Below are positions 19,079 through 27,427 of a DNA stretch of 64,000 bases, piece by piece. This stretch comes from Gammaproteobacteria bacterium. Its GTDB lineage: Bacteria; Pseudomonadota; Gammaproteobacteria; Magnimaribacterales; AG-339-G14. A model generated the notes under the pieces. The model searched no databases. It saw nothing but the letters and a program-made list of their open reading frames with translations, and was not told the DNA's origin. A program made the position numbers and the translations under genes. The DNA lies in NCBI GenBank assembly GCA_003331625.1, contig QOPF01000002.1:65482-129481 (forward strand), in the 5' to 3' direction. Within the stretch, counting starts at the first letter, position 1. Each line of letters opens with the position of its first letter.

Positions 19079-19477
19079 ATGAATGTCTTAAATTTTTTAA
19101 AAAGATATGATAATTTTTATTTCCTTCTTGGAAGATTTTTTTTAGGTATCTATTTTATTATTCCCGGTTTATCGAAAATATTTGACTACTCCGCTGTATT
19201 ATCTTTAATGATACTCAAAGGAATCCCTTTGAGCGTTATCGCGCTTCCTTTAACAATCTTCTTACAAATATTTTTTGGAGCTTTAATAGTTTTGGGAAAA
19301 AATCTAAGACTTTCAGCTTTAATTCTTTTTTGCTTGACCATTTTAATTAACTTCTTTATGCATAATTTTTGGGCTTTAAACGGTGATCCTTCACAAGCTC
19401 ATGAAACACAAAATTTTGTTAAAAATTTAGCAATTGCAGCTGGATTATTGATTCTAGCAACCAAAGAAAATAAATGA
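19079..19477 (+). CDS. DoxX family membrane protein
   Basis: The 132-aa ORF has four hydrophobic segments and a DoxX-like pattern (PGLSKIF...). Confidence 0.65.
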   Translation: MNVLNFLKRYDNFYFLLGRFFLGIYFIIPGLSKIFDYSAVLSLMILKGIPLSVIALPLTIFLQIFFGALIVLGKNLRLSALILFCLTILINFFMHNFWALNGDPSQAHETQNFVKNLAIAAGLLILATKENK

Positions 19478-19927
19478 TTAGTTAACAGGAGATGAGTGGT
19501 GAATCTTTATCTTAATTATTCCTTCTTCATGACAAAAAACAAAAGTAAAAGCAACTAAAGTTGTATCATCAGAAGAGGCAGGTTTAAATAGTAACGTTCC
19601 CATTGCCGAGGATAAATCCTTTTCATTCAAAATATTCAATTCTTGAAGATTTATTTCTTTCCAAGGCTTCAAAGCAAAGCCATTATCTTCAGAGAATTTT
19701 CCTCTTACAAAATAAGACATTGCCTCTTCTAATTTATTTCTAAATATTCTTTCTTTGGTAAAAGTTGGTTTGAACAGTACCTGTTGAGTTTTAAAGGCAT
19801 AGTGCTTTGATAAAAAATTTAAAGCTTGTGTTTCATAGTCATCTTTATTTGAATAAGCTTGTCCAATCTCAATAACTCCTTTGGTCCAAGAACTAAGAAA
19901 CTCTTTAATTTTAGATTCATCCATCAA
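19478..19927 (-). CDS. NTF2-like fold protein (function unknown)
   Basis: The 149-aa ORF starts with W..G.....Y.......F....Y.F, reminiscent of SnoaL/CaMKII-association-domain-like proteins. The assignment is low-specificity. Confidence 0.45.
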   Translation of the reverse strand: MMDESKIKEFLSSWTKGVIEIGQAYSNKDDYETQALNFLSKHYAFKTQQVLFKPTFTKERIFRNKLEEAMSYFVRGKFSEDNGFALKPWKEINLQELNILNEKDLSSAMGTLLFKPASSDDTTLVAFTFVFCHEEGIIKIKIHHSSPVN

Positions 19928-19976
19928 ATCATGATAATTAATTTATTTATATATTGAAACTTAGTAAGATGAATTC

Positions 19977-20801
19977 ATGAGTGTATATAAAGATAAAAAA
20001 GTCCTAATCACCGGCGCATCAACTGGAATAGGCTATGCCTTAGCTGAAGAATTAAATAAACGGGGTGCAGAGATTATCCTGACAGCAAGATCAGAAAATA
20101 AATTGCATGCGCTTGCTGAAAAAATTAAAGCGTCTGGGGGTAAAGCACATGTTTTTGTGGAAGATCTCTCTATCCAGGGATCTGCCGAAGCTTTATATAA
20201 CCAAATAAAATCGCAAAATTTATCTGTAGATATCTTAATTAACAACGCTGGATACGGCAGATGGGGAGAATTGACTAGCTTTGAAAGAGATGATTATGCA
20301 GAGATGTTGCAGCTCAATGTTGTAACGCTTACAGATCTTTGCCATTTGTATTTGCCTGATATGGTTCGACAAGGTGGTGGAGGTATTATAAATGTTGGCT
20401 CTATGGCATCTTTGGCGCCAATACCCTATGCAAGTATTTATTCTTCTTCAAAAGCATATGTTTTGATGTTCTCTGAAGCAATTAGGTTTGAATATCAAGA
20501 TAAAAATATCAAAGTTATGGCGCTTCTTCCCGGGGGAACGGAATCAGAGTTTGCCCGAGTAGCCACAGAAAAATCGGAAGAACTTACGGAAAGATATCAA
20601 AATCGAGATAACTCAGCATCTGGAGTATCAATGCAAAGCTCGCATGATGTTGCTCTAGAATGTCTTGAAGGTTATGAAAAAAATAAACAATACGTCTTAT
20701 GTGGCAGAACCAATAGAATTTTAAATTTCTTAACTGGTCTTATGAGCAGAAAAGCCGTTCTTAATTTAACTGGTAAAATGTTTAAACGAATTGCAGGTTA
20801 A
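19977..20801 (+). CDS. Short-chain dehydrogenase/reductase
   Basis: It has TGASTGIG, NNAG and YSSSKAY. Confidence 0.85.
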   Translation: MSVYKDKKVLITGASTGIGYALAEELNKRGAEIILTARSENKLHALAEKIKASGGKAHVFVEDLSIQGSAEALYNQIKSQNLSVDILINNAGYGRWGELTSFERDDYAEMLQLNVVTLTDLCHLYLPDMVRQGGGGIINVGSMASLAPIPYASIYSSSKAYVLMFSEAIRFEYQDKNIKVMALLPGGTESEFARVATEKSEELTERYQNRDNSASGVSMQSSHDVALECLEGYEKNKQYVLCGRTNRILNFLTGLMSRKAVLNLTGKMFKRIAG

Positions 20802-20824
20802 AAAAACCTTAAAAGATTAGGTGA

Positions 20825-21577
20825 TTAGCTCAAATTAGAAGCGATCTCATTCAAATGACTGAAAGTCTCTAAATTTGCTTTCATGATAATTTCCATTTCA
20901 GGTACTGTTTGACTAATGTCTCCCATTTTGGTTAAAACCATATGAACGTCATCATGATAAGGAAGCTTGCTCATGTCCTCTAACCAACGAGTCAGATTTT
21001 CAAAGTTGCTATAGTCAAATAGATTGGTAAATTGTGTATTCAATTGTGCAATTTCAACATATGCTGAAAAGTCAGCAATAGTGACATGGTCTCCTGCGAT
21101 AAATTTATTTTTTTTAAGCCACTGAGTTTCTAATGCTTTGAGGGCATTATTAAACATTTTTTGAGACATCTTGATTAAGTCTTCTGAAAGTCCTAAGTCA
21201 GGTCTTAAAATTGGCGCAAAATAACCAGTGGATGCCTCTTTGATACTTCGGTGATGATAGTGAAGGTAATGGTCAACTTTACCTCTTAGTTCAGGATCTT
21301 CCGAGTATAAGTCGTTCCATTTGTGTTTATTACACAAGTAACACATGATTGCGATCGACTCCGATAATAAATATCCAGTTTCAGGATCTTCTAGGCCAGG
21401 AATTGTTCCATTGGGATATTTTTCCAAATAAGAAGGATGACGAGTTCCGTTTTCTTTTGGAGAGCCTGGTGCAGTGATGATCAACTCAAAAGGAAATTTT
21501 TTATAAAGCATCATCCATAGAACTGTCCTTACAGCCTGAGACATCGGCACACCAAAAATCTTAAGTTTACTGCTCAT
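20825..21577 (-). CDS. Glutathione S-transferase (theta-like)
   Basis: The thioredoxin-like N-domain has the ...NGTIPGLED...LSESIAIMCYL pattern (cis-Pro, ES motif), followed by a helical C-domain. Confidence 0.78.
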   Translation of the reverse strand: MSSKLKIFGVPMSQAVRTVLWMMLYKKFPFELIITAPGSPKENGTRHPSYLEKYPNGTIPGLEDPETGYLLSESIAIMCYLCNKHKWNDLYSEDPELRGKVDHYLHYHHRSIKEASTGYFAPILRPDLGLSEDLIKMSQKMFNNALKALETQWLKKNKFIAGDHVTIADFSAYVEIAQLNTQFTNLFDYSNFENLTRWLEDMSKLPYHDDVHMVLTKMGDISQTVPEMEIIMKANLETFSHLNEIASNLS

Positions 21578-21579
21578 GT

Positions 21580-22422
21580 TTAATCAAGGTCGCTGGCGTC
21601 ATGCCTTTCAGGAATTGCATTATCTTCAGGTCCACTGGGCGGTCTACCTACCCGCGCGCCTCTTTTGTAAGCTGGTCTTTCTGAAATTTCCTCAGCCCAA
21701 CGAACAACGTTTTTATAAGTTTTCACATCTAAAAACTCTGCTGCGTTGTAAGCATTTTTCAATACCAAATAACCGTACCAAGGATGAATTGCCATATCGG
21801 CAATATTGTATTCATCGCCGCAAATAAATTTTCTATTTTCTAAATTTTTATCCAAGACATCCAACTGGCGTTTAACTTCCATTGCAAAACGATTTATCGG
21901 GTATTCAAATTTTTCAGGAGCATAGGCATAAAAATGACCAAAGCCTCCTCCTAGATATGGAGCGCTACCCATTTGCCAAAAAAGCCAAGACATACATTCT
22001 GCTCTTTTAGCAGAGTCGGTAGGGATAAATTCACCAAATTTTTCTGCTAGGTAAACTAAAATTGCACCAGATTCAAACACTCTGGTATGAGGTTCAGAGC
22101 TACGATCTAATAAAGCAGGAATTTTTGAATTGGGATTAATATCAACAAAACCACTTCCAAATTGATCACCATTTCCAATATTAATTAAATAAGCGTCATA
22201 CTCAGCCTCTTTATGACCCAATGCTAAAAGTTCTTCTAGCATCACTGTTACCTTAACTCCATTTGGAGTTCCCAGAGAATGGAGTTGAAGAGGATGTTTG
22301 CCCACTGGTAATTCTTTTTCATGGGTTGCGCCTGCTATTGGTCTGTTTATACTCGCAAACTTTCCACCGCTCTCCTTATCCCATTCCCAGACTTTGGGTG
22401 GCGTATACTTTTCATCTGTCAT
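21580..22422 (-). CDS. yghU: Nu-class glutathione S-transferase, YghU type
   Basis: It is near-collinear with E. coli YghU as I recall it: PPKVWEWDKESGGKFASINRPIAGATHEKELPVGKHPLQLHSLGTPNGVKVTVMLEELL...GDEYNIADMAI.PW...ERHDASD. Confidence 0.85.
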   Translation of the reverse strand: MTDEKYTPPKVWEWDKESGGKFASINRPIAGATHEKELPVGKHPLQLHSLGTPNGVKVTVMLEELLALGHKEAEYDAYLINIGNGDQFGSGFVDINPNSKIPALLDRSSEPHTRVFESGAILVYLAEKFGEFIPTDSAKRAECMSWLFWQMGSAPYLGGGFGHFYAYAPEKFEYPINRFAMEVKRQLDVLDKNLENRKFICGDEYNIADMAIHPWYGYLVLKNAYNAAEFLDVKTYKNVVRWAEEISERPAYKRGARVGRPPSGPEDNAIPERHDASDLD

Positions 22423-22929
22423 TCAATATCTCCTATTTTTTAGCCAAAACATCTGCATAATAATACCTACGAAATATATGAGTAAGAAGGATAATTGGAA
22501 ATTTATTAATAAAGGAGCTTCAAAGGAATCTACAAATGGATCTCCAACAGGTATTCTTCTTAAAAAGTCTGTTATTGCTGGAATCATGTGAAAAAGAAAA
22601 GTACTCGTATAACCAAGTGCTTGAAAATATTTAGAAAAAGATCCAAATAATTGAAACTTTTCCATAATAATTGCGCCTGAAAGGGCAACAAGTGTAAGGA
22701 CCGCTAAAACATGAGCAACGCCAAAACCACCTTGATTGTAAATAGCCAAAGCTGATCCAGCTACGATTAAAGTCAAAATTATATAAGCTCTGCCTACTTT
22801 ATTTTCCAATGAAATAATTTTGTACCTCAATATGGCATAAAAACCACTTAGCACTGCACCAATTCCAAGAATGGTATGGAACCATCCTAATAATGTCATT
22901 TCTGGCATATTTTCCTCCCTTTTTTTCAA
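22423..22929 (-). CDS. Integral membrane protein (4-5 TM), unknown function
   Basis: It has hydrophobic segments throughout and a 0-nt gap to yghU. I recognise no motif. Confidence 0.5.
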   Translation of the reverse strand: MKKREENMPEMTLLGWFHTILGIGAVLSGFYAILRYKIISLENKVGRAYIILTLIVAGSALAIYNQGGFGVAHVLAVLTLVALSGAIIMEKFQLFGSFSKYFQALGYTSTFLFHMIPAITDFLRRIPVGDPFVDSFEAPLLINFQLSFLLIYFVGIIMQMFWLKNRRY

Positions 22930-22948
22930 AAAAAATTTATTTATTTTA

Positions 22949-23566
22949 CTACTTGATTTTCATACTTGATCTACTAGAAACCGCTGAGAACCATCTAGCT
23001 AAATTTTCTAGATCATTTTGTGGTTTTAAGTCTACCATTTCAGAAGCAAAATCTATCGCAGTAATTAAAGTAATATCGGCTATGCTGAAGCGATTTCCAG
23101 CAACATATTCTGCTGAAGCAAACTCTTTATCAAGACGATCGTAAAATGATCTCACATTTTTGTCGCTCATATTCTTAGCTTCTAAAATTTGATCTACAAT
23201 TCCAAGGCTTCCTACTATAGGTCCATTCACCCACGAAATTCCAATTTGAGTCCATAATTCAAATTCTATATGTCTGTTTCTACTTTCTATGTATGCACTT
23301 TCATAAGAATCTTTCCCAAACAAATTAGGTTCTGGTTCTAAAGATTCTAAATATCGACAAATTGCCACTGATTCGGAAATACACCTACCATCATCAAGCT
23401 CAAGAACTGGAATTTTTCCACTAGGATTTTTTCTTAGAAATTCTGGAGTTTTATGCTCTCTTTTTGCCATATCGCAATTAATTAGTTCCAGTTCGATATT
23501 CTTTTCGCAGGCGAAAATTTTTACGCGCCTTGGATTTGGAGCCCTGGGAAAATCGTACAAATTCAT
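22949..23566 (-). CDS. Glutathione S-transferase
   Basis: It has NPSGKIPVLELDDGRCISESVAICRYLE (the classic GST N-domain) and SIADITL in the C-domain. Confidence 0.82.
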   Translation of the reverse strand: MNLYDFPRAPNPRRVKIFACEKNIELELINCDMAKREHKTPEFLRKNPSGKIPVLELDDGRCISESVAICRYLESLEPEPNLFGKDSYESAYIESRNRHIEFELWTQIGISWVNGPIVGSLGIVDQILEAKNMSDKNVRSFYDRLDKEFASAEYVAGNRFSIADITLITAIDFASEMVDLKPQNDLENLARWFSAVSSRSSMKIK

Positions 23567-23575
23567 AAATCTATC

Positions 23576-24685
23576 TTATTCGTTAACGCCAAGCATTTTT
23601 CTATTGGCTTTAAATGGTAATTCTACTTCTTGATTATCCAATAAAGGGAGATTTTTATTTCTCCAAAGAGGTTCCCAGCAGCCAAATTCCATAAGCTTTT
23701 GCTTAGATGCGCTAGAATTTTCTTTTGGTATTGATTCAAAATGTTTTCTGAGCTCATCCAAACACCATACCCTATATTGAGAGAATCTAGCCTTTTTAAA
23801 AAACATTTTTTCAGTTTTAAAATCGAAATTCTTTTTTTTAGAATTAACTGCATCTACATTTGCGCAAAGATAGGGTAAATAAGTATTTCCTATTTCTCTT
23901 AAAAGAGGCTCCAAATCATTTGGTATTCCATCAATATAATTTTCGTCACATTTTGAGACTTTTGTACTCCATAAAGTAGAAACCCATTTAAGGACGAATG
24001 GTGCTTCTTGACGAATAATTTCTAAAGGAATTGGATCTAATGCAAAATGTCTAAAAAAAGGACCAGATAGTCCAACGTCAGCAATAGACGGACGATTACC
24101 AAATAAGAATGGTCTATTTTTGAATATAACCTCTAAATTTCCTAGCAAACTTACAAAGTTTTCTTCTATTTGTTTAACATTTTTTTTAGTTATGCCGTCG
24201 CCAGTTGTATAACCAGTTCTTTGTCTTCTGGTTAAAAATATTTTTTTTATCCATAAGGGAACTGGTATTGAACTCAAAAGCTCTTCAGCTAAATGTCTAG
24301 AGGCAAAATTTGCTCCTTCACTATAGTGCCAGCGGTAATGCATTGCGGGACGCCACCACCATTCATCAGCCCAATCTTCTAATAGAAAGCAAATAAAAGC
24401 TTGTAAAGGATCTTCAGGAATCAAGCTGTTTCCTGAAATTTGAGATTCGAACCACTGAATCATTTTTGTAGAATCTGTCATCCATCTTCCATCGGGTAGT
24501 TCTACTGCCGGCATTTGATGAATACCAACCTTTTCTTTCATAGTTTTTTCAAATTTTGGATATTTTAAAACTTTACGCTCGTAAGGAATTTCTTTGATTT
24601 TAAAATAATTTTCCATCTTGCCTGTGAAGTAAGAAATATTCGAACCATAGAGAATTATTGGCTTTGCTGAATCTAGATTTATCAT
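23576..24685 (-). CDS. GST-fold protein, long form (369 aa)
   Basis: The N-terminal Grx2/GST-like segment is ILYGSNISYFTGKMENYF...HQMPAVELPDGRWMTDSTKMIQWFE. PSIADVGL lies in the C-domain, followed by a roughly 150-aa C-terminal extension. Confidence 0.65.
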   Translation of the reverse strand: MINLDSAKPIILYGSNISYFTGKMENYFKIKEIPYERKVLKYPKFEKTMKEKVGIHQMPAVELPDGRWMTDSTKMIQWFESQISGNSLIPEDPLQAFICFLLEDWADEWWWRPAMHYRWHYSEGANFASRHLAEELLSSIPVPLWIKKIFLTRRQRTGYTTGDGITKKNVKQIEENFVSLLGNLEVIFKNRPFLFGNRPSIADVGLSGPFFRHFALDPIPLEIIRQEAPFVLKWVSTLWSTKVSKCDENYIDGIPNDLEPLLREIGNTYLPYLCANVDAVNSKKKNFDFKTEKMFFKKARFSQYRVWCLDELRKHFESIPKENSSASKQKLMEFGCWEPLWRNKNLPLLDNQEVELPFKANRKMLGVNE

Positions 24686-24693
24686 AAAAAAAT

Positions 24694-25884
24694 CTACTGA
24701 CTTGGTATGAAAAGTTTTTTTTCAGATACAAGAGAAGAGATTTTTTCTTTAGAATAGCCCAGGTCTGTGAGGATTTCTCTTCCATGTTCTCCGAGCTTCG
24801 GTGCTGGTCTAGAAATTTCACTCGGTGTTTTTTCAAAACGTGCTGCAGGCCTAGCTTGACGAACTTCCCCAAAGCCTTCGTAGTTCAACCTTAAAATTGA
24901 TTCATTTTCTAAGATTTGTTCATTGTCCAATAATTCCATACGATCTAATAAAGGAGCGCTTGGTACCCCTTCTGTTTTAAAACGAACTAATATCTCTTCG
25001 CTTTTCCACTTTAAAATTTCTTGTCCAGTAATTTCCTTCCTCTCTTGTGCATTACTAACTCTTCCTGCTGGCGAAGCAAAACGAATATCTTCGATGAGAT
25101 CTTCTCTATTCAAAGCTCGACACATTCCTTTCCATTCAGCATCTGAAACAGCTCCTGCGGTAATATATTTATCCTGTGCCTTATAAATTAAATCTTGAGA
25201 ACCTTGAAGTTTTCTTACGTCCACCTCATTTTCTGCGAAAACAATTCCAGCCATGCCTTCAGGCCAGAAAAATGAAAGCATTGAATCCAACATCGATAAT
25301 TCGATATGTTGACTTATTCCTTTTTTCTCTCTCACAAAAAGTGCTGATGAGATTGCCTGAGCAGCAGTCAGGGAAGTTACCTTATCGGCAATAATAATTC
25401 TAAACATTTTGGGTTGGCCAGTTTCTCTATCAGCTTGAATGTCAGTTGCCCCGCTTAGAGCTTGAATGATAGGATCATAAACTCTCGAATTAGCGTAGGG
25501 ACCGTTATTACCAAAACCACTTATAGAGACATAAATAATATTTTTATTTATTTTCCGGATTACTTTTTCACTAAACCCCATCCTTTCAATTGCACCTGGA
25601 CGAAAATTTTGCATAAAAACATCTGCATCTTCTGCGAGTTTAAAAAGAATTTCTTTTCCTTCCTCAGACTTAAGATCCAGTGCAATAGATTTTTTTCCTC
25701 TATTGCATGAAAAAAATACCGGATTAAGGCCATTATGAGTCGCAGCCATATGTCTTACTAATTCGCCAGTTACAGGTTCGACCTTGATCACCTCGGCTCC
25801 TTGATCTGCAAGAATCATAGCGCCCACCGGACCAGAAACCATGCTGGTAAGATCTAAAACTTTTACTCCTTCCAGTGGTCCCAT
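24694..25884 (-). CDS. Family III CoA-transferase (CaiB/BaiF/Frc family)
   Basis: The N-terminus LEGVKVLDLTSMVSGPVGAMILADQGAEVIKVEP is diagnostic of the family. It is 396 aa long. Confidence 0.88.
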   Translation of the reverse strand: MGPLEGVKVLDLTSMVSGPVGAMILADQGAEVIKVEPVTGELVRHMAATHNGLNPVFFSCNRGKKSIALDLKSEEGKEILFKLAEDADVFMQNFRPGAIERMGFSEKVIRKINKNIIYVSISGFGNNGPYANSRVYDPIIQALSGATDIQADRETGQPKMFRIIIADKVTSLTAAQAISSALFVREKKGISQHIELSMLDSMLSFFWPEGMAGIVFAENEVDVRKLQGSQDLIYKAQDKYITAGAVSDAEWKGMCRALNREDLIEDIRFASPAGRVSNAQERKEITGQEILKWKSEEILVRFKTEGVPSAPLLDRMELLDNEQILENESILRLNYEGFGEVRQARPAARFEKTPSEISRPAPKLGEHGREILTDLGYSKEKISSLVSEKKLFIPSQ

Positions 25885-25888
25885 ATTT

Positions 25889-26521
25889 TTACTTATTTGA
25901 ATAATTAATTTTCATTGCTTTTTGATAAGCAGGCCTTAAGGCTATTCTATCTCTATATTGATTGATATTTTTTGGCAAAGAAAACTCATAAAAAACCGCC
26001 CAATCCAAACAGGTCATTAAAAAAATATCAGCTAAGCCAAAGCCCTGTTCCAAAATAGTTTTTTTAGATTCTAAATGATTTTCCATCACATCTAACTGAC
26101 GTATAAAATATTTTCTACACGCATCGACAACAACTGGTGACTCTCCATAAATATCTTTCAGATCATAATGACGTCTCATAACATATAGGCATGTTTCATC
26201 TAATTCTCCATAAATAAAATTACACCACTCATCTTCTTTATAAATATCTTTTTCATCAATTGGAATGTAAATATTTTCTGATAAATAATTTTTTTGGAGA
26301 TACCGACATATTGTCAAACTCTCGGAGAGATTCAATTCTTTACATTGCATTGCGGGAATTTTCTGTTTTGGATTTATTTCTGTAAATTCATATCCTTGAG
26401 TTTCTCCTGTTCGAGGACCAATTGGAATTAATTCATAATTTATATTCATTTCTTCTGCCATCCAGATCGGTCTCAATGTCCTTGCAGTACCAGAACCCCA
26501 AAGTTTTATTTCTTCATTCAT
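25889..26521 (-). CDS. Glutathione S-transferase
   Basis: It has NPKQKIPAMQCKELNLSESLTICRYLQ and GLADIFL in the C-domain. Confidence 0.8.
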   Translation of the reverse strand: MNEEIKLWGSGTARTLRPIWMAEEMNINYELIPIGPRTGETQGYEFTEINPKQKIPAMQCKELNLSESLTICRYLQKNYLSENIYIPIDEKDIYKEDEWCNFIYGELDETCLYVMRRHYDLKDIYGESPVVVDACRKYFIRQLDVMENHLESKKTILEQGFGLADIFLMTCLDWAVFYEFSLPKNINQYRDRIALRPAYQKAMKINYSNK

Positions 26522-26530
26522 CTATCAATT

Positions 26531-27382
26531 TTATAAACTAAACATCTTCCAAAATCTAGGTATTACCCAAGTTACAAAAATTGAAAAGAATAAACCCAAA
26601 GAATAACTAAATAGAATAGAAATTATTCCTATTAGTTCTAGTGAACTTTCTAACTGAGTTGTAAATACCATTGCAAAAAAAACGCCAACCAAGCTAATTA
26701 GAGACAAAAGTAATTTCATTATTTGACTATTAGCTAAAATAATTTGTGAAGAACCAATATACCAACCCGACATGACGCCTAAAAACCAAATACTTATCTC
26801 ATGCCCTTCATGGGTAGGATAAATTAAATAGATTAAAAGTTGGAAGGATAAAATTATGAATAACCAAGTTAACTCATTAAATTTTTCATAAAACTTGTAA
26901 ATAATCGCATAGTGCCAAATTAGAAGGATAAAACTGCCAATAACCAAACCAGAAAAAACATCGCCTAAATCATGTACTCCTAAATACATGCGGCTAAAAG
27001 CTATTAACGCGATCAATGTAAGAGCGCCAATGGTTATCCACTTATTCTTGAGTTCATAAGCTAGTAAGCCCCATAAGGTTACTGCTATTTGAGCATGTCC
27101 ACTTGGCCACCCATAAGAAGTTCCCACTTTGGGATCTAGCATTAGTTGAATATCTGGACGCGGATCTTGAAAAAAATCTTTTAAAAAGGCATTAATAAAG
27201 GCTGAAATAAATAACAACATTGCTACCCGAGAAAATCTCGACGGAGACCAATAAAAATATCCAAAGGAGATGAATAAAATTAAAAAAGTAGGGTAGCCAG
27301 CTAATGAGATATTCTCAAAAAAAATTGATAGAACAGGGTTTCGAATGCTCTCTACCCACGATAAGTTATTCCAAATTGACAT
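26531..27382 (-). CDS. PAP2-family membrane phosphatase
   Basis: All three PAP2 motifs are present: KDFFQDPRP (Kx6RP), PSGH and SRMYLGVHDLGD (SRx5Hx3D). It is polytopic. Confidence 0.88.
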   Translation of the reverse strand: MSIWNNLSWVESIRNPVLSIFFENISLAGYPTFLILFISFGYFYWSPSRFSRVAMLLFISAFINAFLKDFFQDPRPDIQLMLDPKVGTSYGWPSGHAQIAVTLWGLLAYELKNKWITIGALTLIALIAFSRMYLGVHDLGDVFSGLVIGSFILLIWHYAIIYKFYEKFNELTWLFIILSFQLLIYLIYPTHEGHEISIWFLGVMSGWYIGSSQIILANSQIMKLLLSLISLVGVFFAMVFTTQLESSLELIGIISILFSYSLGLFFSIFVTWVIPRFWKMFSL

Positions 27383-27427
27383 AATAAAAACTAATTATGA
27401 CCTAAATTTAAATAAATATTCTAAGGA

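Noticed and set aside
21576-21827. An 83-aa plus-strand ORF and the 22263-22591 plus-strand ORFs opposite yghU.
   Set aside because: They are antisense to a gene with near-collinear similarity to E. coli YghU, so they are artefacts.
24600-24872. A 90-aa minus-strand ORF bridging the CoA-transferase / GST-like gene junction.
   Set aside because: It is in a different frame from two well-supported genes on the same strand and overlaps both. Its composition is typical of an out-of-frame translation.
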